Source of the DNA: the human T2T-CHM13v2.0 reference genome, Homo sapiens
NCBI RefSeq assembly: GCF_009914755.1
Contig: NC_060945.1
DNA length: 64,000 nt
Reading direction: 5' to 3' (one strand)
Of the stretch, positions 16,675-32,780 are shown piece by piece. Below the pieces are notes generated by a model. The model saw nothing but the letters and a program-made list of their open reading frames with translations. It was not told the origin of the DNA and searched no databases. How positions within the stretch are numbered: position 1 is the stretch's first letter; each line of letters starts with the position of its first letter. Position numbers and translations under genes: made by a program.

Positions 16675-17118
16675 GGGTTAATGGGCTGAACTGTGTCCCC
16701 CCAAATTCTAATGTTGAAGTTCTAACCCCCAGTACCTCAGAATGGGACTGCATCAGGAGACAGGTACTTTAAAATAGTCATTAAGGTAAAATGAGGTCAC
16801 CACCTAATCTGTTATGACTGGTATCCTTATAAGGATAAAATAGTCATTAAGGTGAAATGAGGTCATCACCTAATCTGTTATGACTGGTATCCTTATAAGG
16901 AGAGGAGACTAGACACAGACATGCACAGGGGGACAATCCTGTAAGGACAAAGGGAGAAGACAGCCATCTCCAAGCCAAGGAGAGAGGCCTCAGGAGAAAC
17001 CAACCCCGCCCACACCTTCATCTTGGACTTCTAGCTTCCAGAACTGGGGAAATGAATTTCTGTTGTTGAAGCCCCAGTCTGCAATACTTAGTTATAGCAG
17101 CCCTTACGAACCAGCACA
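16675..17118 (+). mobile_element. MLT1-type MaLR LTR with an internal 66-bp tandem duplication
   Basis: gggctgaactgtgtcccccc..cccagtacctcagaatg..cagccatctccaagccaaggagagaggcctcaggagaaacc..ttatagcagccc. Confidence 0.75.
16770..16901. repeat. Tandem direct duplication, 2 x 66 bp
   Basis: taaaatagtcattaaggt(a/g)aaatgaggtca(c/t)cacctaatctgttatgactggtatccttataagga at 16770-16835 and 16836-16901, two mismatches. Confidence 0.95.
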
Positions 17119-18569
17119 TCCAAGTTCTCCGTCTCTGTCTATAACCCCTCTCTCAACTGTCGGCCATAAGTGAGCCTCTGCCCCCAACTTCTGGCCTCCT
17201 CTATGTTCTCTTCCTTGGTGACCTCTGGCAGTGACGCTCAGTCCTCATGGCCAGCTCTGGCCTCTCCCAGGCTCTGGCGCCACAATCATCTCTTCCACTT
17301 GTCTCTGCTTGGATAGTCTGTCAGCATCTCAAAGGCAACATGAATAAAACCAAATGCATTTTTTCCTCCCACAAATTATCTCTTTATCCTGATTTCTCTT
17401 ATCTCTGTTCATGACTTGTTCACCTTTTCACTAGGACCCAGAATTCATGCATCTTGGAGTCCCAACTTCTCCAGCCCCTGTGTCTTGTTTATTTCCATAG
17501 CAGTTGGTAGGCGGGACCTCCGCACAGTCTCACATGGTCCCTTCTTTCTAGTCCAGGCCCAGCTCAGCCCTCACCAGAACAGGCACTAGCACGACAGCCT
17601 GCTGGATGATTCCCGGTGCCCGTCCCCTGTTTCCCACGGTTCTGCCTCATCCAGCACACTCTGCACTTGACTGCCTAAAGCACAGCGCTCATCCCATCAC
17701 TCCTGCTTCTCAAACTCCTGCAGTGCCTGCCCCCACCCCAGAAAGTGCAGGCAGTCTTGCCTGGCATTCAAGACCTTCCACTGAGCCTAAGCAACATAGT
17801 GAGACCCCATCTCTACAAAAAATTTAAAAATTAGCCAGGCATGGTGGCACGTGCCTATAGCCCCAGCTACTTGGGAGGCTGAGGCGGGAGAACTGCTGGA
17901 GCCCGGGAGTTCCAGGATGTAGTGATCCATGTTCATACCACTGCACTCCAGCCTGGGCAACAGAAGAGACCCCATCTCTAAAAAGAAAAGAAAAAGACCT
18001 TCCATTGGACCCACCTAACCGGGTCTCCCTCCTTGGCAGCCATTCACTTATTCCACGTTCATTCTGCACCTCCTGCACACGAGGTGCTATGCCAATTACT
18101 GGATACATTTAATCCCTCAACAACTCTGCATGGTGACCATTATTGTCCCCATCTTGCAAAGGAAGAAACTGAATTTTAGAACAGTTGAATTTTAGAACTT
18201 GAGCTCCCATAATTAGGTGGGGAAACTGATGTTTGAATTTGTGTCCTTTTGGCCCCAAAGTCCTTCTCTGGATAAACTAGGCAACCAAGAGCAAAGAATG
18301 CTCTATACCCGACAAAAATAGAAATGAAACTCAAGATCCAAGACGCAAGAGTGGCAGAAGGTTCAAGGTGCACCACTGCCAGCCCTGACAGCCTTTGTAT
18401 CCAGGTCAGTTGAACAGGCCGGGATTGTCCCCAACTTGGACACATCTAAAAAGCTGCAGGTGGGATGTCATCAAAATCACCTGGGAAAACAACCTGCTCT
18501 GAAAACAGAGGCATGATCCAAAAGACAAAGAGGTTTGTGATACCCTTTCTGTACAATAGCTGACTATCA

Positions 18570-18892
<323 letters not shown>

Positions 18893-20405
18893 TCAAAGAA
18901 CTCTCTGTACTATTTCTCTTTTGTAAGCCTAAAATTATTTCAAAATAATAGGTGATAAAAATTAGAAGGTGACATTCCACTGAATTTCATCAGCACTCCT
19001 TTTTTCCCCTCTTCCGAACCAGCCATGTGATCTTAAGCAAATTATCTCATCTCTCTAGGTCACAGTTTTTCAACTTAGGAAAAAAAAGAGGGACACAAGC
19101 CAGATCATCTCTAACTTCCCCTCCATCTCTCAAATTCTGTGGTCCTCATACATTTACAATATGATGCAATCTACAAACATTTGATATTGGTGCTCTCTTA
19201 TTCACCTTCATATCCCTGGTATTTAGCATTGTGCCTATACATAGTAGGTGCTCACTGAAAGTTTTTGCAACTACCTCAAAAACTGAGGTTCATACCTCAG
19301 TTTGTAAAGTGACGTAGAACTGCTAGCTCTTTTACCTAGTTGACCACTAGAGAGCGAAGTGGTCACAAATTTTTTCTCTGTTAAAAGCAAATTTATCTTC
19401 GTCCAGCAGAGGGGAGTGGTCCTTTATATTTCAGGCATGTAAAAATCAGGTCCTGGTTGGGCGAAGGGAGACATCTGTGAGCAGTTTCCTGCCTATCAGA
19501 CAGGCCCTCCAGAGGGGTGATCAGTACCATAAGCTTCCAGGTAAGCACATGGGGCCACTGCCCCCACCCTCCAAAACACCCTCAAAAGTCTAAACCACCT
19601 CAATGGATGGGAGATTGCTCTGCAAATGGGGGAGCCCCACTCCTAATACGTTCATCATTGTCTTCCTAACAATCGTGACTCATTTCTTGAACAACTGTTT
19701 CACTTTTAAAGGGTTTGCACAGAGGCAGCTTTAAGAGGTCAAATAAATGAATGTGGAAGGAAATTAAAACTTTTACAACCACATGAAAAAGGCATTAGCC
19801 AGTCATCCTGCCCAGCAGCCCAATATTGAGCCTGTGTGAGTTGCCGTTTGTGTAGTGAAGCAATAGAGGCCATGGTCTGGAATCAGAAACCCTGGGTTCA
19901 GATACTGCCTCTGACCCCCCAACTCCCCAACAAAATGCACACATTCAGTGGCCATGTGACCAGGGCAAATGCCTCTCGTTCCACAGCTCCAATGCAGGAA
20001 TAATAATAGCATCCACCTGGTGTGGGTGGGCGGGTTCACAGAGAACAGCCACACAGGCTAAGAGTGCAGACTATTGTGACCCAGCAACTGCCCACCTGGG
20101 CAGAGTGAACAGGAAGGGAATAGAAGGGCAACGCGCTTTCACTTCATCCTCATGAGCGCTCTTCGTGGGGAAACTATTACACAAAGTCGGGGTGGGGAGT
20201 TCCTTCCCAGTAAATCGAGTTGCCTTTTTCAGGCACGGAAAAGCCCATCTGCCTGAATTTTCCTCAACTGGTCAATCATGGTGCCAGAAGTCCCAACCAC
20301 CTGAAGTGCTCCTTCAGGTTAAGTTACTTTATCTGCCAACTGTGTTAGTTTAAACAAGTCAGTTTCCAAGTCCTACGCTGCTGCTTTTATCATCCCATTA
20401 ATTTA

Positions 20406-22420
<2,015 letters not shown>

Positions 22421-22699
22421 AGGAAGAAACAACTCAACCACAGGGCTAGTATGTTACTCGGTTATAAAATGATAAAGCCCTAAACAGAGAATTAGCCCGT
22501 TTCCAGAAGAGGCCAAGAACAGATGATACAGCTGAACTGAACTCCTGCCTGTACAGCTCGTTTTCTACAAGATTCCAGACCTGGAAGATGATGGCATCCA
22601 GCCCCCATTGAAGCACCTCGAACAAGAAAAACGCCGAGTCCGAAGAGCCAGGCCTTGAACACACGATTCCTGTCTATAAATAACTCCCCCTGGGGAATA

Positions 22700-23300
22700 A
22701 AAAGCAGGATCCAAGGCAGGAAACCCGAGCCGTGGAATCTGGTAAGTTCTTAGGAAACCCACTCACGGGCCTGAGTCCCCCGTGGAAGCGGCGACTTCGG
22801 CACCTGGACACCCGAGTCCCCAGAGCCCCGGGCGGCCGCGCGTCCCTACCTGCAGGCCTGATACCGGCCGCGGAGCGCTCCTGGCCCCGCTCCCGCCAGG
22901 CTCCGGGACCGCTGAAACGCACCCAGGGGGGTGAAGGCGTAGTCGCCAAGGACAGCGCAGATGGCAGCGGAGGCATGGGAGCCGGAACCTACCGTGGCAA
23001 AGGGCCAGGTCGGGACGCCCCTCGGCGCAGCCCCAAATCCTGCCCGCGCCCCAGCCCCGCTCAGGCCGCGCCCCTGCCACCTCTGGCCACACGGGCTGAG
23101 ACGTCTGGCTCCTGCACAGCGCACTTCCCGCTGCCCTTCTCCACTGGCTGCTCAGGCCCTGCCTCGCCAGCACGGCATCCGTCCGCGGGGGATCCCTACC
23201 TGTCCTTTAGGGCTTGCCTCATAGGTCAAACGTCACCTCCCAGGGAGGTATGGCCTGCCCCCTAGCCAGGTGGGCCCCTTCCACGCTCGCCTGCAACACC
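22700..23300 (-). promoter_or_regulatory. HLCS: CpG island, probable alternative HLCS promoter and non-coding first exon
   Basis: CpG-rich unique sequence with three minus-strand donor sites: CAG|GTAGGG (GT 23199-23198), ACG|GTAGGT (GT 22992-22991), CAG|GTAGGG (GT 22849-22848). Confidence 0.7.
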
Positions 23301-23607
23301 ACCCACCCACCTTGATAACTGCTTGTAAAGGTTGTACTGCTTTCCCCCTTGAGACTGCAAACCTTCAAGGGCAGGAAATGGGTCTGTTTTCCTGGCAAAA
23401 TAATGAAGTTGGCTTAAGGTTTTGCTGAATAAAATGAGTGACAGACAAAAGTAGCCAAATTTGGCACTCCTGATGGGTTATTTGATGAAGGAGGTGCAAT
23501 GTATGGGCTTAACTAGTTATTCTGGATTTCTTTCCCCATGTTACTCCTCCCTAATTCTGATGAGGAACTGAGAGCTGAATCTATTAATCTATTAACTCTT
23601 AACCTTC

Positions 23608-26351
23608 CTTTTTTTTTTTTTTTTTTTTTTTGAGACGGAGTCTCACTCTGTCACCCAGCCTGGAGTGCAGTGGCACGATCTTGGCTCACTATAACCTCCG
23701 CCTCCCAGGTTCAAGTGATTCTCCTGCCTCAGCCTCTTAAGTATTGGGATTACAGGCGCCCGCCACCATGTCCAGATAATTTTTGTATTTTTAGTAGAGA
23801 CAGTGTTTCACCATGTTGGCCAGGCTAGTCTCAAACTCCTGACCTCAGGTGATCCACCCACCTCAGCCTCCCAAAGTGCTGGGGTTACAGCTGTAAGCCA
23901 CTGCATCCGGCCTTAACCTTCCTTTTCTAAAGGCACTACCAGACTTCTCCTGCTACCCTAAGGATGGAGTCCTAATTCTGCCACTGGAACCCTGAATGCT
24001 TCACTTTCAGCACAAAAATTTCAAGCAAAGACTTGCAGCCTCTCCTTCTCAGTTTAGGGGAATGGGGGAATTCTTTAATCTGTGGTGGGACACACATGAT
24101 GTTAATTAGAATACTCTCTCCCAAAGAGGAGGAAATAAATAGGAAAATGAATCAAGTCTGATGCCCGGGAAGTGTTTATGGATGTTGTGCAGAATAGCCC
24201 TACCACAAAGAAAATTTCAAATGAGACATCCTATCACTGCTGGGGTTTCTCATAACACAAGAGCTGAGGCTAGGTATGGTTGTTTTTTTTTTCTTGCTTT
24301 ATAAGAATATTATTCAATAAGCAGATTTCCAAGCCTTGCATTCTTTCTATTCAATGTTTCTAAGATTCACACATACAATTTCGCAAAGCTGCATTTTATT
24401 CATGTTCACTGCTATCTAATATTCTATTTGTGATCATATCCTACTTTGTTTAGCCATTCTCCTGGGGATCAACATGGGGTTATCTCCAGTTTGTTTCCTC
24501 TAACAAATAATATTGTTCTGAACATCCACTCGTCTCCTGGAGCCCCTGGGCAAGCATTTCTCTGGGTGTGGACCCATTACTACACCAGGCATACGTCCAG
24601 CAAGCTAATTAATGTGCAGAATTAAGAGATAATGCTAAACTGTTTTCCAAAGCAGTTATACCAATGTACACTCCCATTAAAAGTGACTTTTGTTTTTGAC
24701 TCAGTATTTTTCAGGTCAAACACATTTTCCTTTCAATTTTAGATTTATACTGATTTTCACAAACTGTCTTGGAGAATTATGAGGTCCTCAAACACAAAGC
24801 TTCATATTGTGGTTCTTAGTCAAGAAAATCTCCTAGAGGCAATGATCCAGCTAATTACAGATCCCCTATTGTCCACGTCTAAATTTACGCATTGTAGCTG
24901 GGATTAGACCCATGAATCCTAGGACAATGCCAGGGGTGTCATTAACTTAAAAACTCTGGCAGGCCAAGTGCAGTGGATCACGCCTGTAATCCTAGCACTT
25001 TGGGAGACCGAGGCAGGTGGATCACGAGGTCAGGAGTTGAAGACCAGCCTGGCCAAGATGGTGAAACCCCATCTCTACTAAAAATACAAAAATTAGCCAG
25101 CCATGGTGGCACGCACCTGTAATCCCAGCTACTCGGGAAGCTGAGGCAGAGAATTGCTTAAACCCAGAAGGCGGAGGCGGAGGTTGCAGTGAGCCGAGAT
25201 TGTGCCAATGCACTACAGCCTGGGCGACACAGCGAGACTCCGTCTCAAAAAAAAAACAAAAACAAAAACAAAAAAACTCTGGCGTAAGCATGGTGTGGAG
25301 AGTGTCTGCAGTGATATGAGAATCCTGGGCACAACAGCATAAGCAGCTGCCTTCAGAATCTACCGCTCTTGCCTCCCACGGTCCATACAACCTCTTCTTT
25401 ATTTTCTTCTTTTTTAATGTTTGTTTATTTATTTATTTAATGAGACAGAGTCTCACTCTGTCACCCAAGCTGGAGTGCAGAAGCACGATCTTGGCTCACT
25501 GCAACCCCCGCCTCCTGGGTTCAAGTGATTCTCCTGCCTCAGCCTCCGAAGTAGCTAGGACTACAGGTGCCCACCACCACACCCAGCTAATTTTTGTATT
25601 TTTAGTAGAGATGGGGTTTCACTATGTTGGCCAGGCTGGTCTCGAACCCCTGACCTCAAGTGACCCGCCCACCTCGACCTCCCAAAGTGCTAGGATTACA
25701 GGCACGAGCCACCGCGCCCAGCCTGTGAAGGCTTTAATAGCAACAATCCTTATAAAAATGATTTTTTTGGCCGGGCGCAGTGGCTCACGCCTGTAATCCC
25801 AACACTTTGGGAGGCTGAGGCGGGCAGATCACGAGGTCAGGAGATCGAGACCATCCTGGTTAACATGGTGAAACCCAGTCTCTACTAAAAATACAAAAAA
25901 TTAGCCCGGCGTGGTGGCGGGCACCTGTAGTCCCAACTACTCAGGAGGCTGAGGCAGGAGAATGGCGTGAACCCGGGAGGCAGAGCTTGCAGTGAGACGA
26001 GATGGTGTCACTGCACTCAAGCCTGGGTGACGCAGAGAGACTCCGTCTCAAAAAAAAAAAAAATTTTTTTTTTTAAGACAGGGTATATCACAGGCTGGAG
26101 TGCAGTGGTGCTATCATAGCTCACTGTAGCCTCAAACTCCTGTGCTTAACTGACCCTCCTGCCTCAGCCTCCCAAGTAGCTGATACTATATGCACAAACC
26201 ACCATTGCCTGCTAATTATTTTTGTATTTTGTATAGAGATGGGTTCTTGCTATGTTGCCCAGGCTGGTCTCGAACTCCTGGCCTCAAACGATCTAACCAC
26301 CTTTGCCTCACAAAGCCCTAGAATCATATACATAAGCCACCACACCTGGCC
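23608..26351. mobile_element. Alus of alternating orientation (- 23608-23912, + 24962-25276, - 25415-25723, + 25769-26062, - 26063-26351)
   Basis: Alu consensus; a poly(A) tail directly abuts a poly(T) tail at ~26050-26074. Confidence 0.9.
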
Positions 26352-26419
26352 AAGAATGATTTTTTTAAATTGGAAAATTTTAAATGTTCAATAAGGAACA
26401 TATTAAGCAAACTGTGGTA

Positions 26420-27180
26420 GAGTAGTCCCCCCTTATCCACAAGGGGTATGTTCCAAGACCCCCAGTGGACGCCTGAACCCTATATATATTGTTTTTTCCT
26501 ATTACTTACCTATGACAAAGTTTATACGTTAGGCACAATAACAAATTAACAACTAATAATAAAATAGGGTAATAATAAACTAATAATAAAATTAAATAAA
26601 GTAAGAATGACTAGAACACAAGCACTGTGATACCACAACAGTCGATCTGATCACCAACAGAGCTACTAAGTGACAAATGGGAGAATCTGCTGGACAAAGA
26701 GATGATTCGTGTCCCAGGTGAGACAGAACAGGAAGGTGTGAGATTTCATCATGCTGTTCCGAACCGCACACAATTTAAAACTCATGAATTATGTTCTCAC
26801 TTCTAAGTGGGAGCTCAATAATGTGTACACATGGACACAGAGAGTGGAATAACAGGCATTGGAGGCTCAGAAGGGTGGAAGGGGTGAACAATGAGAAATT
26901 ACTTAATGGGTACAATGTACATGATCAGGGGTGATGGCTGCACTCAAAATCCAGACTTCACCACTTCCCAATATACCCATGTAACAAAACAGGGGCACTT
27001 GTACCCTCTAAATCTATCAAAATTAAATAAACAAATAAATCTTATGAAATGTTCTGGAATGTTCCATTTTATATTTTCTTTTTCTTGTTTTTTTTTTTTC
27101 ATTTAATATTTTCAAACTGCAGTTGGCCACAGGTAACTGAAACCTTGGAAAGCAACAGCACAGCTAAGGGGACAATTACT
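26420..27180. mobile_element. MER44/Tigger-type DNA transposon interrupted by an L1M 3' end (~26790-27040)
   Basis: Terminus agtagtccccccttatccac..gttccaagacccccagtgga; other end caggtaactgaaaccttggaaagc..taagggga; internal L1 3'UTR (atgttctcacttctaagtgggagct..acacatggacacagagagtggaata) with A-rich tail and approximate TSD aaaactcatgaatt / aaatcttatgaaat. Confidence 0.7.
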
Positions 27181-27527
27181 ATATATCCATTCAGTGGTAC
27201 AAAGTATAACTTTCTTTCCAGAACCATTTGAGATTAAATTGCAGAAACCATGACCCTTCACCCTAGTACTTCAAGCTGTATTTCCTAAGAACAAGAATAT
27301 TTCTCCAACATAACCACACTGCAATGATCAGATGCAGAAAATTTAACACTGCAATATTCAGATTCAGGTATCAGCATCCATCCAATGCTAATAACTGCTA
27401 TTCACATTTAGTCAATTGTCCCAAATAACATTCTTGCTAGCAGTATTATTTTTCCCAATGCAAGGACACACATGTCATTTAGCTGCCATGTCTCTTTATT
27501 CCCTTTTAATCTGGAATAGTTCCTTAG

Positions 27528-27629
<102 letters not shown>

Positions 27630-27718
27630 TGAGGTCAGGAGTTTGAGATCATCCTGGCCAACATGGTGAAACCCCGTCTCTACTAAAAATACAAAAATTC
27701 GCTGGGCACGGTGGCTCA

Positions 27719-28027
<309 letters not shown>

Positions 28028-28227
28028 TCAATTTGTGTTTGTCTAATGTTTCCTAAATCCAATTCAGGTTATGCATTTTTGGCACAGGATGTCAGTTCAA
28101 ATTGATGACGCTGACTTTGTTCACATGGTTAAGGTGGTTTCCAGAAGAACCACTATAAAGGTTCCTTGTATATGTTTGTAATTCATACGTAATCTGTGGA
28201 GTGAGGCTTTGGCATCTTATTCCCCAG

Positions 28228-28573
28228 TGCTATGGTTTGAATGTATTCCCCAAGTGCATGTGTTGGAAATGTAATCCCCAGTGCAACAGTGTTGAGAGGT
28301 GGGTGATTTGGTCATAAAGGCTCTGCTGTTATTGCGGGAGTGGGCTCCTGATAAAGGGATGAGTTTGGCCCCTTCCTTTCTCTTTCCCTTGCTCACCCTC
28401 TTGCCCTTCTGCTTTCCACCATGAGATGATGCAGCCAGAAGGCCCTCACCAGATGTGGCTCCTCAATCTTGGACTTCCCAGCCTCCAGAACCATAAGGCA
28501 AATACATTTCTGTTCATTATAAATTACCCAGTCTCAGGTATTCTGTTACGGAAGCATAAAACAGACCAAGACA
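28228..28573 (+). mobile_element. Solo MST-type MaLR LTR
   Basis: TGCTATGGTTTGAATG ... AACAGACCAAGACA with a 5-bp TSD cccag (28223-28227 / 28574-28578). Confidence 0.85.
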
Positions 28574-28613
28574 CCCAGTAAGCGCCCACCTGAATGAGTC
28601 ATGACTGTGTTAG

Positions 28614-28941
<328 letters not shown>

Positions 28942-28954
28942 TAACGTTTTCTGT

Positions 28955-29065
28955 ATGATTAGTCAAATGCAGTAGTGAGAAGGGGGAAAAGAATAAAACA
29001 AAGAGTTCAATCTGTAACTGACCATGAACAATCAATTGAGATAACTTGCTACCTTCAGACTAGCC
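28955..29065 (-). pseudogene. Y1 RNA (RNY1-like) retropseudogene
   Basis: Reverse complement reads ggctagtctgaaggtagcaagttatctcaattgattgttcatggtcagttacagattgaactctttgttttattcttttcccccttctcactactgcatttgactaatc, a near full-length match to human Y1 RNA with scattered substitutions. Confidence 0.9.
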
Positions 29066-29640
29066 AACTTTTCCAACTCTGTTGTTCCTTCAGCAATCAT
29101 TAGCTGGCATTCTCCTCTTCTACCTCTGTTTATGTATTTGTTGGTAAGTTTATTTGCTTTTTAGTATGACTCTGGACTCATGGATTCTCTTTTATTCAAC
29201 GTGATAATTCATTATTGCCATTATTAATTTTGATATTCAAATTGTTCCAGGTTTGGCCACTGGAGCCCCATCAAGCTGACCCCTGTGTCCTTCTGACCTG
29301 TCTCTATCATTCTTTGAGCACCTCCTTGTGTTTTGAACAAGCCGCTCCTGACTCATCGTTGACCTTCCCTCCCCTTCCCACAATGAGCCATTTCTCCTAG
29401 GAGCTCTGACTCCTTTTAATGGACAATGGTATTTAGAAAACAAGATATGGGCATGAGGAATGCTCATTGCTACTTGGGTGGCCCTGCTCCCCAGCTCTCT
29501 CAGCAGACAGATCTTAGAAATAACTCAAGTCAAAATGAAAAGCAGGACAGGCGCAGTGGCTCACTCCTGTAATCCCAGCACTTTGTGAGGCTGAGGTGGG
29601 CAGATCACTTGAGGCCAGGAGTTCGAGACCAGCATGGCTA

Positions 29641-29874
<234 letters not shown>

Positions 29875-31350
29875 CTATAAAGGTTCCTTTTTTATCTTTG
29901 TAATTAATAAGTAATCTGTGGAATCTCTCATTCCAATTCATGGAGCTCTTCTTTGCCTTCCTTCACTCCATATTTTTATCTTTCTTCTCTCATAGTGAGG
30001 ATCCCAGCTCCCAAGAATATCATTATATTTACTTATTTGTTTAATCCTACAATACACAGAAAATATTTTCAGAATTGCTATACCAGATCACTACCAACTA
30101 AGTGAAGTACAAAATTTCTTTGTAGTTTTGTTTGTTTACACACAGGTGGATAGTCAAAGAGCTGTGTTCAAAGTTATTTGAGTTTGCCTTTCTATGACTA
30201 ATTTACTATGCAGTTTAGCTCATTTGTTCACTTCTGTTTGTATTCAATTTTAGGTTTCCTTTCCCCCATCTTATGTTGATTTAGTTTTTCTTTTTAAATA
30301 CTAAAACATTAACATGTTTTGAAAAGTCAAAACTGCCCCCAAAAAAGGTATGCCTGGAGATGTGTCATTTCCTCTTAGACTTTCACCCCATTCTCATCCA
30401 CCCACTGCAAGTAGCCAATTTATTAGTTTCTAGTTTTTTCTTCCTAGGTTTCTTTTTTCCCTTTTCTCTTTTTCTTTCCAAAAATAAGGAGATACTTGAA
30501 TGTTTCACACAAAAAGTAGCCTAACACAGTACTCTCTGTTTAACTTTTGTTCACTTCCTAGTACTGTATACCCTAGAAATCACTCCACATCAGTTCAGAG
30601 ACCTTCCTCACTGTTTTTTATACGTGCATTGTGTGGATGTACCAGGGTTTATTCACCCAATTGCCTATGTATTGGCACTGAAGTTGTTTCCAAAATTTTG
30701 CCATTGCAAACAATGCTGCAATGAGTGACCTTGTACATATATACACTTTTATACTGGTGTAGGCGTTTCTCCAGAGTAAATTCCTACCTGTAGAATTGCT
30801 GGGTCAAGGGGTAAATGCATATGTAGTTTTGTTAAACAATGCTAAATGTTCCTCTCTAGGAGTTGGACCATCTTGCATTCCCACCAGCAATGTATGAGAG
30901 CATCTGTTACCCCACAGACTGTCCTGTTGCTTTGCACTTAGCAACGGGATCAGTTAGAACCGTGATGGTATCTCAGAGTACCCTGCATTTCTCCTCCTAT
31001 GGGAGAAACGGAACATCTTTTCATTGAAGGGCCAGTTTTATGTCATTTTTGTGCAGATTGTCAGTTCATGTTTTTTGCCTATTTGGTCTTTGCTTCCCTC
31101 AATGTTTGAGTTATTTACATACTTGGGATCTTAACCCTTTATCTGTGATAGATGTTGCAAATATTTTTTCCCAGTTTGACATCTGTCTTTAATCAATGGT
31201 AGGGGATTTTTTTTTCTTTTTCCTTTTAATTTTATTTTATTTTATTTATTTATTTATTTATTTTTTTTGAGACAGGGTCTCACTCCCTCACCCAGGCTGG
31301 AGTGCAGAGCCGCCATCTCTGCTGACAGCAAGCTCTGCCTCCCTGGCTAA

Positions 31351-31666
<316 letters not shown>

Positions 31667-31959
31667 TAGCTGGGATTACAGGAGCACCACCAGCAGCACG
31701 ACCGACTAATTTTTGTTATTTTTAGCAGAGACACGGTTTCACCATGTTGCCCAGGCTGGTCTCGAACTCCTGACCTCAAGTGATCTGCCTGCCTCGGCCT
31801 CGCGAAGTGCTGAGATTACAAGCGTGAACCACCGCGCCCGGCCCCAGCTTCCGTTTTTTAATGTTATTATGTATCAGTCTTTTTTTTCCGGGCACTTAGG
31901 CGCTGGGTCATTAGGAAGCCTTTCCCCACACGCAGGTCCTAGTCAACCGTGCTTTTTAG

Positions 31960-32780
31960 CGGCGAGTAGGCCCTGCGGCTCTGCCCCTAACATGGGCGCG
32001 GGGCACGCGGCCAGGGGCCCGTGGGAGGGGGACAGGGCGCGCGAACCCAGGTTCTCAGGCCGCGTCGCCGCGCGTGCGCACTGACAGCCGGGCCGAGCCA
32101 GCCCGGGTCCCGCAGGGAAGAACGCCAGCGGCGCGCGGAGGCCGCGCTGCCCTGGGCCGCGAGGTCCCTATGGCTGCCCCACCGGAAGCCCCGCCCCCTT
32201 CTGGCAGCTGGAGGCGGCTTTCCGGCCGTCCCGGCTGCAGCCCCGAGGCCTCGACTCAGGAGACGGCTGTTCCCTGGCAGAGGCTCGCGGTGGACTGCCT
32301 GACCCTCGCCCGGCCCCAGCACGCCCCCGGCGAACGCCCACCCCTGTCCCGGCCCGCAGCGCCCCGACTTACTTCTGAGGCCGAAACGCGGCCGCTCCTG
32401 CGCCGGGTGGTCGCCCGCGAATCCCTGCCGCGCCGCGCTGCGCCCTCTCGTGGCCCGCCTGGTGGTGCAACTGGGCTCTCTGCGCAGGGCCGCGGGGCCG
32501 CCTGGCCTCCTCCTGCCCTGGCCGCGGTGCCGCGCGCTCGGGAACGCGGGCCTTTCGCCGCTAGCCAGCTTCTGCCTCTCGGCCACCTGTCCTCTCTCGC
32601 CCACGCTGCCTGGGAGGCGCGCTTCTGCCGCCTTCTTGCCGCGCTCGCTCTAGCCTCGCCCACTCCTGCGGCCTTACAGGGCCGAACCTCACCCTGCCCT
32701 GCGGAAGGCAGGCCTACACCTTCCCTCCGCGCCTTCCTCCCTGACCGGCACCAAACACCACGTTGCCCTTTCCAGCATCG
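31960..32780 (-). promoter_or_regulatory. HLCS: CpG island, probable most distal HLCS promoter and non-coding first exon ending at 32373
   Basis: Dense CpG; NRF1-like GCGCGTGCGCA (~32070); ETS CCGGAAG (~32182); strong minus-strand donor GAA|GTAAGT (GT 32372-32371). Confidence 0.75.

Noticed and set aside
22674-23265. ORFs of 87-177 aa in the middle CpG island
   Set aside because: Same CpG-island artefact; no homology recognised.
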